Source: Octopus sinensis (Eukaryota). From it: a DNA stretch of 64,000 nucleotides. Below, in pieces: positions 63,940 through 64,000 of the stretch. Position numbers and translations under genes: made by a program. The DNA is taken from positions 139,500,001 through 139,564,000 of the forward strand of contig NC_043000.1 of NCBI RefSeq assembly GCF_006345805.1, in the 5' to 3' direction. Numbering within the stretch: the stretch's first letter is position 1; each line of letters begins with the position of its first letter. The notes below the pieces were generated by a model. That model was given only the letters and a program-made list of their open reading frames with translations, did no database searches and was not told where the DNA came from.

Positions 63940-64000
63940 GTAGGAAATAATTATAGTTGCAATATTTCTTCATGTAAAAATAATATAATTGTGTATAACA

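Overview
Very AT-rich eukaryotic genomic DNA dominated by microsatellites and transposon remnants. Dense (TA)n/(CA)n tracts, several tRNA-derived SINE families and Dong/R4, RTE and Penelope relics suggest a cephalopod (Octopus-like) genome; this is inference. No prokaryotic features, CRISPR array, rRNA or true tRNA gene were found. Main contents: (1) a near-full-length CR1-group LINE at ~0.85-5.47 kb. Its ORF1 carries a Myb/SANT-like N-terminus, poly-Q and two C-x8-C-x4-C-x3-H fingers, the second hidden by a frameshift; its APE-RT ORF2 is broken by -1 frameshifts. (2) A Dong/R4-type REL LINE at ~40.9-44.3 kb plus further minus-strand REL-LINE relics stacked on (TAA)n tracts. (3) Penelope-like (GIY-YIG) fragments and about nine type I hammerhead-ribozyme-like motifs; the five long-form motifs have perfect or near-perfect palindromic stem III sequences that differ between families. 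(4) Helitrons, mariner/maT relics, and pogo-, piggyBac- and Merlin-like MITEs, plus a foldback MITE with a telomeric-repeat spacer. (5) Many SINEs, including a SINE nested in a SINE with both TSDs intact. (6) Tentative host exons: a plus-strand Asn-rich coding exon and a 27-nt exon near the right end, and several short minus-strand exon candidates. All motif calls were read by eye; no database or folding software was run.
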